DNA of 64,000 bases from Minisyncoccota bacterium (GTDB lineage Bacteria > Patescibacteriota > Minisyncoccia > Phycocordibacterales > UBA2100): positions 165,814 to 229,813 of the forward strand of contig DASSSZ010000001.1 of the NCBI GenBank assembly GCA_035708165.1, read 5' to 3'. A program made the position numbers and the translations under genes. Numbering within the stretch: position 1 is the first letter of the stretch; the number at the start of each line of letters is the position of its first letter. Shown piece after piece: positions 54,704-64,000 of this stretch. The notes below the pieces were generated by a model, which made no database searches, had not been told where the DNA came from, and saw nothing but the letters and a program-made list of their open reading frames with translations.

Positions 54704-55999
54704 CTAGTAGTTCCGGAGCTGCTTCGCGCGCTCGTGATAACGGATCTTCTCGAGCGCCTTTGCCTCGATCTGGCGGATGCGCTCGCGGGTGACGCCGAAC
54801 TCGCGGCCGACTTCCTCGAGCGTGTAGCATACGCCATCGCCGGTGAGGCCGTTCCTCATCTCGAGGATCTTGCGCTCCTTCGGCGAGAGCTCGCCCAAGA
54901 CCTCCTGGATCTGCTCCTGGAGGATCCGGAGCGATGCATCCTGATCCGGCGAAGTCACCGAGTCGTCGGCGATGAAGCTGCCGAGCGTCGAGCCGGCCTC
55001 GTCTTCGGAGCCGACCGGCGTCTCGAGCGAGACAGTATCCTGGCTGATCTTCTGGATGGTGTAGATCTTATCGAGATCCACGCCCATCTCCGTGGCGATC
55101 TCCTCCGGCAGCGGATCGCGCCCGAGGTGCTGGGAGAGCTCGCGCACCTTCTGCTTGTACTTGGCGATCGTCTCCACCATATGGACCGGGATGCGGATGG
55201 TGCGGGACTGGTCGGCCAAAGCGCGCGTGATCGCCTGGCGGATCCACCAGGTCGCATACGTCGAGAACTTGAATCCCTTCGTGAAGTCGAACTTGTCGAC
55301 CGCCTTGAAGAGACCGATGTTCCCTTCCTGGATGAGATCGAGGAGCGTGAGATCCGCCGAGCGGCCCACGTACTTCTTCGCGATCGAAACCACGAGGCGC
55401 AGGTTCGAGCGCGCAAGGATGTTGCGCGCCTCCTCATCGCCGGCGAGGATGCGCTTCGCGAGTGTGCGCTCGTCTTCCGCGGAAAGGAGCGGGTACTGGC
55501 CGATCTCGCGCAGGTACATCTGGATGGAATCGTAGCCGGCGTCCGAGCGGCGATGGTGCTGGAGCTTCTTCTTCTCCAGGATCTCGTCGGCCGTATCGTC
55601 GAGCATGTTGCCGCTCTCGATCACGTCCACGCCAGCTGCGGCGAAGCGCTCATAGAGGTCCTCGAGCAGCGCGACATCCTGCTCGATCGTAGGGAACCGG
55701 CGCAGGATCTCATCGTACGTGATGTAGCCGCGGCCGCGGCCGAGCGTCAGGAGCTCCTCGGCCTTCGGATCTGCCTTCGCGGCACTTGCCTTCTTCGCTG
55801 CTTTCGGTGCAGCAGCCTTCTTGGGCGCGACCTTCTTTGCGATCGTCTTCTTCGGCGCGGCGGCCTTCGCGGCCGTCTTCGCGCTCGTCTTCTTCTTCGT
55901 GTTCGCCGTCGTACGGCGGACGGCCGTCGGAGCGGCCTTCTTCAGCGTCTTTTTCGCGCTTTTCTTTGTTGCGGTTTTCGTATTCTTTGCTGCTGTCAT
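54704..55999 (-). CDS. rpoD: RNA polymerase sigma-70 (RpoD) with ~80-aa histone-H1-like Lys/Ala-rich N-terminal tail replacing region 1.1
   Basis: Regions 1.2-4.2 are canonical ([27 protein letters not shown], helix-turn-helix 4.2). Start [17 protein letters not shown] (ATG 55999). The track ORF continues upstream into dnaG in another frame. Confidence 0.9.
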   Translation of the reverse strand: MTAAKNTKTATKKSAKKTLKKAAPTAVRRTTANTKKKTSAKTAAKAAAPKKTIAKKVAPKKAAAPKAAKKASAAKADPKAEELLTLGRGRGYITYDEILRRFPTIEQDVALLEDLYERFAAAGVDVIESGNMLDDTADEILEKKKLQHHRRSDAGYDSIQMYLREIGQYPLLSAEDERTLAKRILAGDEEARNILARSNLRLVVSIAKKYVGRSADLTLLDLIQEGNIGLFKAVDKFDFTKGFKFSTYATWWIRQAITRALADQSRTIRIPVHMVETIAKYKQKVRELSQHLGRDPLPEEIATEMGVDLDKIYTIQKISQDTVSLETPVGSEDEAGSTLGSFIADDSVTSPDQDASLRILQEQIQEVLGELSPKERKILEMRNGLTGDGVCYTLEEVGREFGVTRERIRQIEAKALEKIRYHERAKQLRNY

Positions 56000-56048
56000 A
56001 TCAAAATTGCATACCGACCCACGCCGCAATGCGGCGTTTTGCCATACT

Positions 56049-57794
56049 CTACCGTATGGTGTCAATCTTTGCAATAGCAGTTGTGAGATGAGCGCAGCGT
56101 GAAAGAGCGTCAGCAGCGGCTGTTTCGTCATGCGCCGCTTCAGCGCGGCGCAGGTCGCTCGAGGCGATCGCGAGCTCGCGCTGCAGGCGCCCGCGATAGA
56201 CAGCGATCCGGAGCGCCTCAGCATCCGCCGCAAGCGAGACGCTGTCCCCGAAGAGGCCTTCCGCCGCGAACCGCAGGGACTCGCGTTCCTCTTCGGAGAG
56301 CGTCTCGGGGATCGCCGGCGTGATGCCTGTCGCGTCCTCGATCTCCTGCGCGAGCTTCGCAAGATCGAGCGCAGGCGCCGGGAGCGATGACTGCCAGAGA
56401 TAGATGCCGAGCAGCTGGCGCGTCTGCGCATGCGCGATCGCGGGGTCGGCCGCGCGCCGCACCGGCGCCGCAGCGGGCTCCTGCGCGCGCGGCGCCGGCC
56501 CCTGCTCGTGCGCGAGCTCAGCGAGCGCCCGCGCGAGTGCCTCGCGCACCGCAGCTTCGGGCATGCCGATCCGATCGGCGGTCTCGCGCAGGAAATGCTC
56601 GCGGTCGATCGGGCTCTTGATCGCCGCGACGAACGGCAGCACCCCCCGCTCGACCGCGCGCGCGAACGCGCGGCGCTCCGGCTGGGCGCGCTCGAGCGTA
56701 TCGATGAGGAACGTGATGATATGGCGCGCGCCCCGGATCGCCGCAGCGAACGCCTCCTTCCCTTCCCCATTGATGAGATCCGCCGGGTCCTTCGCGCCGA
56801 GCGCGGCGACCTTCACATCCATCCCTTGGGCAAGCGCGATGCGCGCGCTCTTGGCCGCTGCGCGGATGCCGGCCTCGTCGGCGTCGAGCGCGAGGATCAG
56901 GTTCTCGGAAAGGCGCCGGATGAGCGCGATATGCTCCTCAGTGAGCGCCGTGCCGGAAACCGCGACTGCATTCGTCCAGCCGGCCTGATGGCACATGACG
57001 AGATCCATCTGCCCTTCCACCAGCACGGTGCAATCGTACTTGCGGATGGAGAGCTTCGCTCGATCGTAGCCGTAGAGGATGCGCGACTTGTGGAAGAGCG
57101 GCGTCTCGGGTGAGTTGAGGTACTTCGGCGGCTCCTGCCCTTCAGGGTGCGCCGTTCCCGCCGGCTCGAAGATGCGCCCGCTGAACGCGATCACGCGTCC
57201 GGCCGAGTCGGCGATCGGGAACATGATCCGGCTGCGGAACCGGTCGTATGCGCCTTTCTCGGTGCGCTTCGCGAGACCTGCCCGCTCGATTGCGCGCTCG
57301 TCGAATCCTTTCTCCTTGAGGTGCGAGACGAGGCCGCGCCAGTCGGCGGGCGCCCAGCCGAGCCGGAAAGAGCGAATCGTAGCCTCCGCGATGCCGCGCC
57401 CGCGAAGGTAGTCCTTCGCCGGCTCGTTCCCGGCAAGCTGCCGCTCGTAGAACACCGTCGCGGCCTCGCAGGCGGCGAGCAGCTCCTCGCGCTCGTTGCG
57501 CTCGCCGGGCTTCTCTTCCGTGATCGTGACGCCCGCGCGATCCGCCAGGATCTTGAGTGCGCCCCTGAAATCGATCCCCTCGACCTCCTCGACGAACGAG
57601 AAGATATCGCCGCCAGCGCCGCAGCCGAAGCAGTGGTAGGTCCCGCGGCTGGGGCTGACGACGAACGAGGGCGTCCGTTCCGAATGGAACGGGCAGCGCG
57701 CCTTGTAGCTGGCGCCCGCGCGGATGAGCTTCACGTACTGGCCCGCTACGTCGACGATCGAGAGCCGGTCCTTGATCTGCTGCACCGTATCCAT
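56049..57794 (-). CDS. dnaG: DNA primase DnaG
   Basis: Zinc ribbon [25 protein letters not shown]-pol domain, TOPRIM (EGQMDL..DADEAG). Start [11 protein letters not shown], with a GGGGG tract just upstream. Confidence 0.9.
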   Translation of the reverse strand: MDTVQQIKDRLSIVDVAGQYVKLIRAGASYKARCPFHSERTPSFVVSPSRGTYHCFGCGAGGDIFSFVEEVEGIDFRGALKILADRAGVTITEEKPGERNEREELLAACEAATVFYERQLAGNEPAKDYLRGRGIAEATIRSFRLGWAPADWRGLVSHLKEKGFDERAIERAGLAKRTEKGAYDRFRSRIMFPIADSAGRVIAFSGRIFEPAGTAHPEGQEPPKYLNSPETPLFHKSRILYGYDRAKLSIRKYDCTVLVEGQMDLVMCHQAGWTNAVAVSGTALTEEHIALIRRLSENLILALDADEAGIRAAAKSARIALAQGMDVKVAALGAKDPADLINGEGKEAFAAAIRGARHIITFLIDTLERAQPERRAFARAVERGVLPFVAAIKSPIDREHFLRETADRIGMPEAAVREALARALAELAHEQGPAPRAQEPAAAPVRRAADPAIAHAQTRQLLGIYLWQSSLPAPALDLAKLAQEIEDATGITPAIPETLSEEERESLRFAAEGLFGDSVSLAADAEALRIAVYRGRLQRELAIASSDLRRAEAAHDETAAADALSRCAHLTTAIAKIDTIR

Positions 57795-57900
57795 AGGTGC
57801 CCCCATGGTAGCAAAAAGGAAGGCCGGCTGCCTGCTCCATGGCGCAGCAGGCAGCCGGGCGCGAGCGCGCCGCGCAGGCGCCCCGGATGCCGGAGGCAGG

Positions 57901-60900
57901 CTACTGCGCCGTGAGGGCCTGCAGGGTGGTGGCGTCGAGGGCGGTATTCCAGAACGTGACGCGGGTGATGTAGCCGTCATAGTACGGCCCGTTCGCGGAT
58001 TCCATGCCGACGTTGTAATACGTTTGCGACTTCGTGGCCGCGCCGATCGTCAGGACCGATCCGCCGTTCCCGACGAAGTGCGTCTCCGGCGTGCTGTCGC
58101 GCGAGAGGCCGACCGTAGTCGTGGACTGCGCCGTGCCGCTGCCGAGCGCGATACTGTGCGCCGATCCGTAGATGCAGCCGCCGCCTTCGCCTACCGTGGT
58201 CGGCGTGGGCAGGCCGAGGTAGCCACCGAACGTCGAGCACCCGATCAAAGGCGCGCCATTCCCGCTGACCCGCCCGGAACCCGTGCCCGTGACGAGGACG
58301 CTATAGTCCGACGAGTTCATGAGCGTGGTGATGGCCGGTATGAGCTTCGTGTGATCCTTGCCGCGGGAGGCGGCAGCGGATGTCGTCACCACCGGCGACG
58401 TAAGCGCATCGAACATGCTGCTGCCCGGGACCTCTTCCTGCGCGAAGTCCGCCGCGACCGAATCGCCGCTCGCGACGAGGCGGATGCCGATCGTCGGGTT
58501 CGCGCTCGTCGTATTGATCGAGACCCGGCGGTACGCGCCTGTCGTGACCCCCGCGGTGACATCGGTCCAGGTCGCGCCGCCGTCCATCGTAAGGTCGATC
58601 TCGCCGGTGCCCGAGAGGCGCTTCAAGTAGACGGAGAAGACGCGGGTGCGGCTGGTCGAATCGGTGACCGCTTGCATCAGGGTGGCATTCGCGGCGGTCG
58701 CCGTGAGCGAACCCGCGGCGTTAGCCGACCCGTCGGCGCCGGTCTGGTCCATCGCGACGCTCATGCCGCTCGCCGTCCACACGGCGTTCGTGAAGGTGCG
58801 CGACCAGAGCGCCTGGTTCGTGTTGTCAGCCTCCACGAGGATCCCCTTATCGGTGATGCGCGGCACATCCGTGGCGAACGCGTGCAGCGTGCCCGCGCCA
58901 TCGGCCGCGTACGCAGTGCCAGTGCGGGAGTAGCTATCGAAGAAGGCGTCCGGGGTCGTAACGCCGGTTGCTGCCGACCAGGCGCGGTCGTTCGCGAAAT
59001 CGATATCGATATACGCCCCCGATTCGACCCACCCGGGCAGCGAGGAAGCGGTGAACGTCTGATCCGTCGAGGTGGATGTGCGGCCGAAGTCGTCCGTCGA
59101 GATGACAGCGAAATGGTAGGTGGCGCCTGACGTAAGGCCCGAGAGCGTCACCTGGTGGGAGGTGGTCGTGGCGGTATCGAGCGCCGAGTACGTATCGTAC
59201 GAGGCGCTCGCGCCGTACGCGACGCGGGACGTCGCGCCGGTATTCGTGGTCCAGGTGATCGTCGCGCTCGTTTCGCCCGGCGTCCCCGACGAGATGGACG
59301 AGATGACCGGCGCCGCGTTGCTCACCATGACGGAAGCGCTCGTCGTCGCGTAGTTGCCGGACGTGTCCTCTGCCGTCACTGCGATGGTATGCGCGCCGTC
59401 CGTGACGCCGGTCGAGTCCCACGTGATCGAATACGGCGAGGCGGTCCCCGGCGTGCCGATCGGCGCGCCATCCACCGAGAATCGCAGGCTGGCGAGGCCG
59501 ACGTTATCGGACGCCGTCGCCGCGAGCGAGACGGATGCACCCGACACGACGCTGCCGGAAAGCGGCGCCGTGAGCGTTGCCGTCGGCTTGACGGTATCTA
59601 CGCCGCTCACGCCGCTCCCGCCGTCGAACCCCAGGTTATAGCCGGTACCGATCATCCCGTTCGGGATCGCCGTGCCGAAGTAGTCCTGCGTGCCGACCGA
59701 GATCGTCGAGGAACTCTGATGCAGGTCGAGGCCGGTACCGATCAAGGGCGAACCGCTCTGCAGCTTGAAGGAGGTGCCGCACGAGGATGAGTAGCCGCCG
59801 CAGATGGCATCCCACGTATCATCCACGAAGGCCGGGTCGCTCGTCGCCGCGCCCGTGTCGCCGCCGGGGATGAACGCCTGCCATGAGGCGAGCGACGTCT
59901 CGGCCGTGCCGCTCTTCGGGAGCCAGTACGGTGTGCCGCCACCGATCGAGAACCAGTCATTATCCTTGAAGAAGAGGCCCGACGGGAACGACGTGATGGG
60001 CGCGTACAGGTAGTGACTCACGCCGCTGCCATCCTTCTCAACGGCGAAGATGTTGTTCGCGATGAGGCCCGTCGTCGGCATGAAGTTCCCCGAGATCGCG
60101 TACGCGGTGCCCTTCGGGAGCGTATTCCCGTTCCAGATCGTATTGTTGTACATGTAGAAGGAGCCGCCGCTCGCCGTGCCGCCGAAGCCGATCGCGCCGT
60201 GCGAGCCGCTCTGCGCGGTGTTCGCGCCGTCGTTCACGGAGAGGTTGTAGCGCATCGTATTGTTGTACCAGGTCGAGGGCGACGTCATGAAGATGATCAT
60301 GCCCCCGAAGTTGTCGTGCGAGTAGTTGTACTGGATGGTGGAGTTCGTCACGCTGCCGTCGAGGTCGTACGAGATCCAGTCGCAGCCGCCGCTGTAGTTA
60401 ATAGGCTGCACGTGGTACACCTCGTTGTACTGGATGGTCACGTCGTTCGAGTTATAGGTCCAGATGCCGCCCGGGCCGCCGCAGACCGCGGAGTTCGCGC
60501 CGATGTCGTGCGCGACATTGTGCTGCAGGAGCCCGCCGTCTACGCCATTCGCCACGATGCCGCTCGCGATGCTGCTGGCGCGAGCGCCGATATCGTAGAT
60601 GGTGTTGTACTCGTACGTGACGTCATGGATGTTCTTGCCGTTACCGAAGCCGTAGATGCCGTTGAGGTCATCGCTCGTCGCGCCGTCCACGCCGTGGAGC
60701 GTGGAATGGCCGACGTAGATGTTCTCGAACCTGCCGCCCGGGTAGCCGGTGATGAAGACTTCCGCGCTGCCCGAGATGCTCGTATGGCCCGCGTCCGGAT
60801 AGAAGCCGCCGATATCCATGTTCTCGATCCTGATATCGGAGACATTCGTGCTGCTGTTCGGCGCGTGCACCCAGATGCCATCGGATGCGCCGCCGCTGTT

Positions 60901-63900
60901 GCCGCGCAGGATGCCGTCCGTGATGGTGACGCCGCTCACCCCATCGAGATCGATGTCGGCGACATCCCCCGTGCCCGTGCAGTTTGCATCAAGCGTGAAC
61001 GAGCCCGTGCCGTAGGAACCGATGGTCAAGGGCGAGCTCGAGCTCGTGCCGGTCACGTTCGAGCTGGTGAACGCGAGGCAGCCGGTGAACGTCTGGCCGC
61101 CCTCGAAGAGGATCGAATCGCCCGGCAGGTAGAAGCCGCTGTTCACCTTGCTAACCGTCTTCCACGGCGAGCTCGGGCTCGTGCCGGCGTTCGAATCGCT
61201 GCCGGTCGGCGAGACGTAATACGTCGTGCCGCCGACGAGCCCGTTATCAGTGGTCACCGTGACCGTGCTCGATGTCGCGACATTGCCGCCGACGTCGGTC
61301 GCGACCGCGACGATCGCGTGCGATCCATCGAGGACGGCGCCGGTGTTCCAGGTCATGGTGAACGGCGCGCTCTTGTCGGTACCTTTCGTCGTGCCGTCGA
61401 CGATGAACTTCACGCTCGCGACGCCGTGGTCATCCGAGGCGCTCGCCGTCACGGTCACCGAGCCGGAGACTGTCGCGCCATTCGCCGGCGACGTGATCGA
61501 GACCGACGGCGGCGTGACATCGAGATATGCCGTGTTGCCATTGCCCGAGAGGTCGGTCGCGCTCGCCGCACCCGTGCCGATCGTCGATGCGTTCATCGGC
61601 CAGTACGCGATGAGCCCGGCGTTGAGCGCGCTCCCGGTCGCAGGGACGGTGCCGAGCCCGCCATCCGCATAGAGCGTGCTGATATCGGCCTGCGTGAGCG
61701 CGCGGGAATAGATGCGGATGTCGGAGAGCGTGCCCGTCAGCCCGGCGCCGATGTAGAACGGCGACGTATTGTTCACGAATGAGGACGCGGCGGTGCGGGT
61801 GTCCTCAAGCGTCCCGTCGAGATAGATCTTCACGTCGCTGCCGCTATAGACGCCGACCACGTGGTGCCACGCGCCGTCATTGATGAGCGAGCGCGAGAAG
61901 CAGGCCATTGCATCGCCGCAGACGCCGCCGGAGGAATTCGGCTGCGTGGAGAAGACCTCGCCGCCGTTGAACGGACCGTTGTCACCGAACACGAAGCCGG
62001 TGTTCACGCCCGACGGCTTGTTCTTGAGGAACATGGATTGCGCGGTGCCGTTGAGGCTGCTCGTCTTGACCCAGAGCGAGACGCTGAACGCCGAGGAGAA
62101 CTGGAGCGACGACGAGGTCGGCACGATCAAGGTATTCGCGCCGTTGAACGAGAAGCCGCTCCCGAGCGTGCCGGGCGAGACGAGGGGCGCCAGGCCGATC
62201 GCACTATCGGCCAGCTTGCTCGTCGCTACCGTCAGGTGCCGGATGGTACCGCCGAAGAAGGAGGACGTGCCGCCGATCGAGCCGATGCTGTACGTCGTCG
62301 CGCTTGGCTTCGCCTGCGCATCCGTGATGACGGATCCGCCGTTGAGCGCGATGGAGCGCCCGGACGCGTCGAACGAGAGCGAGCTCGTCGCGACCGCGGT
62401 CCAGTCAGCGTTCGAGAGCGTCGCGACAGTGCTCCCGAGAGTGCTCTCGAGCAGGTCGCTCCCGGTCTTGCCGAGGAGCACGGAGCCATCGGCGCCGATG
62501 AGCGCGGCATCGCGCGCGGCGATGCCGCCGTCGGTCACGACTGTGACTGTGCCGGCCGTGCCGTTGAGGGCGGATGCCAGCGAGCCGGCGGCGACAACGG
62601 CGTCCGCGCCGCGCGACGCGCTCGCGTCGGTCGTGGGGATGTACGCAGTCGGCACGCTCCCCGGCTCCGCCTGGACGCCCCATGCGAGGAACTGCGTCTG
62701 CCCGTCCTGCGCATTCGCGGTCAGGCCCGAGTAGCCGACCGCGATCGATTCGCTGCTTGCGAACGTCGCGCCATTGATCGAGTAGCGCGTCCAGCCGCTC
62801 GTCAGCGTGAGATCGAGTTCCGTATAGCTCGCGCCATGCACGACGAGCGTGATCTTCTTGCCGACATCGGCCGGGGCGTACGCCTTGAGGTAGATGCTCG
62901 CGGTCGAGACGCCAGGGGTCGCGGTGAAGGTCGCGATCCACTGCGCGTTGGCACCGAAGCCGGAAGGCGGGGTGCTGGAGCGGCTGACTGTGACGAGCGT
63001 CGCGGTATCCGTTCCGTCGGGAGCGGTGCCCGCGTCGCCGGTCGCAGACGCGACGCCCGTGCTGGTCGTGAAGCTCGTCCAGGCGCCGGCGGAGAGGTCG
63101 CCCGAGTGCGTGAACTCGTTAGTGGATGCGGGCTCGACGGCAAGCCCGAGGTCGGTGACGCAGAGGTCATCCGGGCCGGCGACCGTCAGGTGCCCGTCCG
63201 CCCAGGAGCAGGTCTCGTCGCCCGTGCGCGAGCTATGTCCGATGAGGGAATCGAGCGAGACCGCCGTACCGTTCACCGTGTACGTCTTGTTCGCGAAATC
63301 GAGATCGATGGTCCCCGACGACGCGTTCCCGCTCCCTGAGCTTCTCGACGGGCTTTCTCCGCCGGATCCGACGAACGGGATGGGCATGGCGGACGGAAGC
63401 TGCCCCTGCGGCGGCGAGGGCGTGCCGGTGCCCTGCGATACTACGGCGCCGATGAGGGCGATCGCCGCCCTCGTCTGCGGGCCGACGATGCCGATGGGGT
63501 CGATCCCGTGGCCCCGCTGGAACGCGATGACGGCATCGGCAGTCACCTGCCCGAAGTAGCCGGTGATCGAGGGATACGCGAAGTAGCCGAGCGCCTTGAG
63601 GAAGCGCTGGAGCGCGGAGACATCATCGCCTTTGGAGCCGATCGAGAGCGAGCGCGTGAGGACAGGCGCAGCCGGCTCGCTCGCCCCAACAGCCGACTGC
63701 GAGCCGCCCTTGGCGCCATCAGCACCCAAGGCGCCGATGAATACCCAGGTCTGCGGATCGACGATGCCGGTCTGCGGCAGGCCGTGGTCCGCCTGGAAGG
63801 CGCGGACGGCTGCGGCCGTGACGGGGCCGTAGTAGTCGGTCGTCGCGGGGTATGAGAAGTAGCCGAGCGTCTTGAGGTAGCCCTGGAGCTCGGTCACATC

Positions 63901-64000
63901 GCTCCCCGAGAGTCCTTGGTAGAGGGTGCGCGTAAATGTCGGGACGCCCATCTGCGCATCGGCACCGGGAGCGCTCTCGGCATGCAAGGATGCGGGGATG
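57901..64000 (-). CDS. Giant (>2030 aa) surface protein, N-terminus beyond window: two PG_binding_1 domains, Ig-like domains, right-handed parallel beta-helix region, FN3-like domains, C-terminal LamG/concanavalin-like domain
   Basis: LQGYLKTLGYFSYP..YGPVTAAAVRAFQ appears twice (PGB-1). Asn/Gly-rich beta-helix repeats occur (NNIFAVEKDGSGVSHY..). C-terminal ..YLDGTLE..SDIRIYSRALTQADISTLY and ..YITRVTFWNTALDATTLQAL are LamG signatures. Confidence 0.75.
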   Translation of the reverse strand, partial: IPASLHAESAPGADAQMGVPTFTRTLYQGLSGSDVTELQGYLKTLGYFSYPATTDYYGPVTAAAVRAFQADHGLPQTGIVDPQTWVFIGALGADGAKGGSQSAVGASEPAAPVLTRSLSIGSKGDDVSALQRFLKALGYFAYPSITGYFGQVTADAVIAFQRGHGIDPIGIVGPQTRAAIALIGAVVSQGTGTPSPPQGQLPSAMPIPFVGSGGESPSRSSGSGNASSGTIDLDFANKTYTVNGTAVSLDSLIGHSSRTGDETCSWADGHLTVAGPDDLCVTDLGLAVEPASTNEFTHSGDLSAGAWTSFTTSTGVASATGDAGTAPDGTDTATLVTVSRSSTPPSGFGANAQWIATFTATPGVSTASIYLKAYAPADVGKKITLVVHGASYTELDLTLTSGWTRYSINGATFASSESIAVGYSGLTANAQDGQTQFLAWGVQAEPGSVPTAYIPTTDASASRGADAVVAAGSLASALNGTAGTVTVVTDGGIAARDAALIGADGSVLLGKTGSDLLESTLGSTVATLSNADWTAVATSSLSFDASGRSIALNGGSVITDAQAKPSATTYSIGSIGGTSSFFGGTIRHLTVATSKLADSAIGLAPLVSPGTLGSGFSFNGANTLIVPTSSSLQFSSAFSVSLWVKTSSLNGTAQSMFLKNKPSGVNTGFVFGDNGPFNGGEVFSTQPNSSGGVCGDAMACFSRSLINDGAWHHVVGVYSGSDVKIYLDGTLEDTRTAASSFVNNTSPFYIGAGLTGTLSDIRIYSRALTQADISTLYADGGLGTVPATGSALNAGLIAYWPMNASTIGTGAASATDLSGNGNTAYLDVTPPSVSITSPANGATVSGSVTVTASASDDHGVASVKFIVDGTTKGTDKSAPFTMTWNTGAVLDGSHAIVAVATDVGGNVATSSTVTVTTDNGLVGGTTYYVSPTGSDSNAGTSPSSPWKTVSKVNSGFYLPGDSILFEGGQTFTGCLAFTSSNVTGTSSSSPLTIGSYGTGSFTLDANCTGTGDVADIDLDGVSGVTITDGILRGNSGGASDGIWVHAPNSSTNVSDIRIENMDIGGFYPDAGHTSISGSAEVFITGYPGGRFENIYVGHSTLHGVDGATSDDLNGIYGFGNGKNIHDVTYEYNTIYDIGARASSIASGIVANGVDGGLLQHNVAHDIGANSAVCGGPGGIWTYNSNDVTIQYNEVYHVQPINYSGGCDWISYDLDGSVTNSTIQYNYSHDNFGGMIIFMTSPSTWYNNTMRYNLSVNDGANTAQSGSHGAIGFGGTASGGSFYMYNNTIWNGNTLPKGTAYAISGNFMPTTGLIANNIFAVEKDGSGVSHYLYAPITSFPSGLFFKDNDWFSIGGGTPYWLPKSGTAETSLASWQAFIPGGDTGAATSDPAFVDDTWDAICGGYSSSCGTSFKLQSGSPLIGTGLDLHQSSSTISVGTQDYFGTAIPNGMIGTGYNLGFDGGSGVSGVDTVKPTATLTAPLSGSVVSGASVSLAATASDNVGLASLRFSVDGAPIGTPGTASPYSITWDSTGVTDGAHTIAVTAEDTSGNYATTSASVMVSNAAPVISSISSGTPGETSATITWTTNTGATSRVAYGASASYDTYSALDTATTTSHQVTLSGLTSGATYHFAVISTDDFGRTSTSTDQTFTASSLPGWVESGAYIDIDFANDRAWSAATGVTTPDAFFDSYSRTGTAYAADGAGTLHAFATDVPRITDKGILVEADNTNQALWSRTFTNAVWTASGMSVAMDQTGADGSANAAGSLTATAANATLMQAVTDSTSRTRVFSVYLKRLSGTGEIDLTMDGGATWTDVTAGVTTGAYRRVSINTTSANPTIGIRLVASGDSVAADFAQEEVPGSSMFDALTSPVVTTSAAASRGKDHTKLIPAITTLMNSSDYSVLVTGTGSGRVSGNGAPLIGCSTFGGYLGLPTPTTVGEGGGCIYGSAHSIALGSGTAQSTTTVGLSRDSTPETHFVGNGGSVLTIGAATKSQTYYNVGMESANGPYYDGYITRVTFWNTALDATTLQALTAQ

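Noticed and set aside
56000-56770. Upstream extension of the rpoD ORF (688 aa in track)
   Set aside because: It overlaps the 3' end of dnaG in another frame. RpoD has a plausible start at 55999, giving the classical dnaG-rpoD arrangement with a 49-nt spacer.
1-64000. Search for CRISPR arrays, IS elements, integrases, prophage genes, rRNA and alternative genetic code
   Set aside because: No direct-repeat/spacer arrays are visible by eye. There are no transposase or integrase motifs and no rRNA-like stretches. Genes are uninterrupted by UGA/UAG except the single ComEA-like case, so the standard code applies.

Overview
This is a visibly GC-rich, gene-dense bacterial chromosomal segment with ~65 protein genes and two tRNAs. 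I saw no rRNA, CRISPR array, integrase or transposase. The housekeeping backbone is: class I LysRS (runs off the 5' edge), greA, mrdA-(hyp)-mreD-mreC-mreB, editing-domain-less proS, rseP, frr, a holB-like gene, a second orphan mreB paralog, def-fmt, hpf, glutaredoxin, tRNA-Asn(GTT), hisS, tRNA-Ser(GGA) and rpoD-dnaG. Between these sit cell-envelope enzymes (VanY-type M15 peptidase, MltG, DedA, DsbA-like, a processive GT2 synthase, an AI-2E transporter) and many small secreted/membrane proteins. Two giant Ser/Thr/Gly-rich surface proteins are present: 2270..7771 (1833 aa) and 57901..>64000 (truncated at the window edge). By inference only, the gene content points to a small-genome, possibly episymbiotic lineage such as Patescibacteria/CPR. 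The evidence is archaeal-type LysRS, a short ProRS, and lamin-tail, dockerin, cohesin and PG-binding domains on giant proteins. Most notable observations: (1) a dockerin-tipped giant adhesin followed 26 nt later by a membrane-anchored cohesin protein, forming a two-gene surface-anchoring module. (2) A bacterial SET-domain methyltransferase with a histone-like basic tail, while the sigma-70 in the same window carries an ~80-aa H1-like Lys/Ala tail. (3) A ComEA-like HhH gene interrupted by a single in-frame amber codon. (4) A 38-nt perfect AT-rich palindrome with an embedded TATAAT between greA and lysK. (5) Paralogous clan GH-A glycosidase-like genes flanking a histidine phosphatase. (6) A Lys-rich Mo-oxidoreductase region next to tRNA-Ser that looks compositionally foreign. 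Many of the longest ORFs in the supplied track are antisense artefacts of stop-poor GC-rich DNA and were rejected.
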